From the IMG/VR virus record IMGVR_UViG_3300019874_000057, positions 1-55,864 of that record: DNA of 55,864 nt; one strand, 5' to 3'. The position numbers and the translations under genes were made by a program. This document shows, piece by piece, positions 54,233 through 55,864 of this stretch. A model generated the notes under the pieces. The model was not told where the DNA came from, did no database searches, and was given only the letters and a program-made list of their open reading frames with translations. The DNA comes from a virus (lineage: Duplodnaviria; Caudoviricetes). Position 1 is the stretch's first letter. Each line of letters begins with the position of its first letter.

Positions 54233-55006
54233 CTACTTGTGCGCGGTGAACCTGACCAAGGCCCCAAAGGGATAGATCAACGCCTGGCACTCGGGGCAAG
54301 TAGTGCGGTCATCGTAGACCTTGACAGTGACTTGCTCCCCGTTGATCTCACGAGTCTCGGTGTGCGTGGGCCATTTGCTCTGATACACCGACCCTTCCCC
54401 GCATCCCAAGATGGGAGCATTGTTGGCAGGGTCGACTCCTGGATACGGCACCTTGGTCTCAGGATCCAGGTAATACGCCTGCTTGTCTCCGCGGCAACGT
54501 CCCGACCACTCCCAGTCAGCTTCAAACACCTTCCCTGCGTGCTGGGTGATGGCCTTGACCGTCCCTGCGAAGTCCGTGGGCGGCGGGATCACCACATCAC
54601 CCAGTGCGCGCAGGAGGTACTGAATCGCACTGAGCTTCGGACCATCCTTGCCTCGAGCACGCTCAGCACCAGAGATCCTGGTGTTGAGGGCCTCACCGTT
54701 GTACTGCCCGTGTTCCGAATTCACGATCTCCAGGACATCCTTCTCGTCAAACGCCATCGCGATGCGGTCCTTGGTGAGCTCCTTGCCTTCTGCGTCCTTG
54801 GCAGGCTTGCCATCCTCACCGTAGATCTTCTTGGTTTCCTTCACATACAGCGCGGAGACATCAGTGGGCAACCGCAGGACAAAATGCCCTGGCTGGTAGC
54901 TCTTGTACTCTCCACGTTCCTCAGGCATTTCACTCGCCTGAACGGGCTTCAGGTCTACGTCGGGTTCCGCTTGCAGCTTGAGATCAGACAGTACGCCTTT
55001 CGACAT
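54233..55006 (-). CDS. Hypothetical replication protein (possible ssDNA-binding, Cys-containing)
   Basis: 257 aa, AAGGAG SD, downstream of the putative AAA recombinase. Function inferred from context only. Confidence 0.55.
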   Translation of the reverse strand: MSKGVLSDLKLQAEPDVDLKPVQASEMPEERGEYKSYQPGHFVLRLPTDVSALYVKETKKIYGEDGKPAKDAEGKELTKDRIAMAFDEKDVLEIVNSEHGQYNGEALNTRISGAERARGKDGPKLSAIQYLLRALGDVVIPPPTDFAGTVKAITQHAGKVFEADWEWSGRCRGDKQAYYLDPETKVPYPGVDPANNAPILGCGEGSVYQSKWPTHTETREINGEQVTVKVYDDRTTCPECQALIYPFGALVRFTAHK

Positions 55007-55048
55007 TGGGACTCCTTCTTGGGTTAGGTGAGATGGTTAGGGATTGGG

Positions 55049-55210
55049 CTAGTCTGGATTGACCAGGGCCAGTGCTTCCTTGCGATCAGCAATGAGGCTC
55101 ATGAGGTCGTTCAGGAACTCGCGTTCTGCACGGCTCAATGTGAATAGGTTTCCATCGAAGGTAATGGAGAGATGCCCGTCTCCTAGCTTCAGTACAACCA
55201 TATCTGCCAT
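55049..55210 (-). CDS. 53-aa hypothetical protein (not in the ORF track)
   Basis: TAGGAG SD. MADMVVLKLGDGHLSITFDGNLFTLSRAEREFLNDLMSLIADRKEALALVNPD. Confidence 0.6.
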   Translation of the reverse strand: MADMVVLKLGDGHLSITFDGNLFTLSRAEREFLNDLMSLIADRKEALALVNPD

Positions 55211-55219
55211 GTGGAGCTC

Positions 55220-55864
55220 CTAGACCTTCTTACTCGGCATTGGTGGTGGACCTGTGCGTCGTGCTGGGATGGTGGTTGGGGCTTTGGCTGCGGGGATGGT
55301 GCCAATGGGACCCTGGCCTGCGGGACGAGGGGATGAGATGACAGGGGGTGGGGGAGGAGGAAGTGGGGTGACAGCCTTCACCTCTACTGTGTCTCCTGCT
55401 TTGTATGTACCAGCAGGTAGCTCAGCAGCAACTGTTACTGGTGCAGGTGCAGGTGCAGGTGCAGTCACAGCAGCCTTCGCTGGCATCGTCGCTGTACCAG
55501 ACTTCCTCGGTGGAGGTGGAGGTGCTGGTCTCCCCTTGCCCACTGTCTGCGAGCTCACACCCACAGCAGCCTGATTCGCCCCCTCGGGCATCTCCCCAGT
55601 TCCCAAGCCAGGTGCCTTCCTCCCACCCAGTAACTTCGCTGAGTTCGCTGCACACTTCGCTACCGCTTCATCCAGTAGCTTGTACACCCTCTGCATCCCC
55701 CAGCCTGTGTACAAGAGGCCATTCTCCAGTGTCGCCCCCTCAGGGTCTGAGATGTACATGGGGAGACTGGGGTCATTCGCGCGGTTCTTGCATTTGTTTA
55801 CAGCATTGTCATCGAGGGAGTAGGGCTGGAGGTAGAGACGGTATTCAACCTTCAGCCCTACTCC
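55220..55864 (-). CDS. C-terminal part of a protein with a Pro-rich tail, possibly an AAA_24/Sak4-like ATPase (5' truncated)
   Basis: Frame stays open to the window edge: EYRLYLQP...CKNR...LPMYISDP. Confidence 0.5.
   Translation of the reverse strand, partial: GVGLKVEYRLYLQPYSLDDNAVNKCKNRANDPSLPMYISDPEGATLENGLLYTGWGMQRVYKLLDEAVAKCAANSAKLLGGRKAPGLGTGEMPEGANQAAVGVSSQTVGKGRPAPPPPPRKSGTATMPAKAAVTAPAPAPAPVTVAAELPAGTYKAGDTVEVKAVTPLPPPPPPVISSPRPAGQGPIGTIPAAKAPTTIPARRTGPPPMPSKKV

Noticed and set aside
54200-55027. 275-aa plus-strand ORF, and similar antisense ORFs such as 7123-7839 and 20496-21134
   Set aside because: They mirror well-supported genes on the opposite strand and lack protein-like features.
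55440-55463. (GGTGCA)x4 tandem repeat
   Set aside because: It simply encodes an Ala-Pro linker in the Pro-rich tail. The in-frame unit gives no phase variation.
1-55864. Genome-wide stop codon reassignment
   Set aside because: Conserved proteins are intact under the standard code and TAG, TGA and TAA all terminate genes. No suppressor tRNA was seen.
1-55864. CRISPR array, tRNA, integrase, reverse transcriptase/DGR, intein
   Set aside because: No regularly spaced repeats, cloverleaf or diagnostic motifs were found by eye. The window is not the full genome, so lifestyle cannot be called.

Overview
Most of a tailed dsDNA phage genome (Caudoviricetes). It looks podovirus-like: no tail tube, sheath or tape-measure gene is recognisable, and the host is unknown. 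The + strand (1-35290) is the late arm: M15 endolysin (truncated at the window edge), small genes, TerS-like protein, a large terminase split into ATPase and nuclease genes, portal, an antisense HNH gene, scaffold, major capsid protein (MCP), decoration/adaptor/Ig-like/fibre proteins, nozzle, GNAT, and ejection proteins with an embedded PP-loop (PAPS-reductase-fold) enzyme. The - strand (35220-55864) is the early/replication arm: UDG-fused family A DNA polymerase, DNA methyltransferase, MazG-like, Lar-like, Pif1-like helicase, cold-shock protein, and five glycosyltransferases with three non-DNA methyltransferases. The top observations are (1) a 79-aa twin-arginine-signal protein, coupled to the endolysin, that carries a copy of the MCP N-terminal segment (16/28 identical residues); (2) a 38-aa membrane peptide with the same AGPEF C-terminus as the adjacent Ig-like protein; (3) a long-range inverted repeat that brackets the MCP gene and covers the next gene's RBS. 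All family assignments come from motif recognition by eye; no searches were run.
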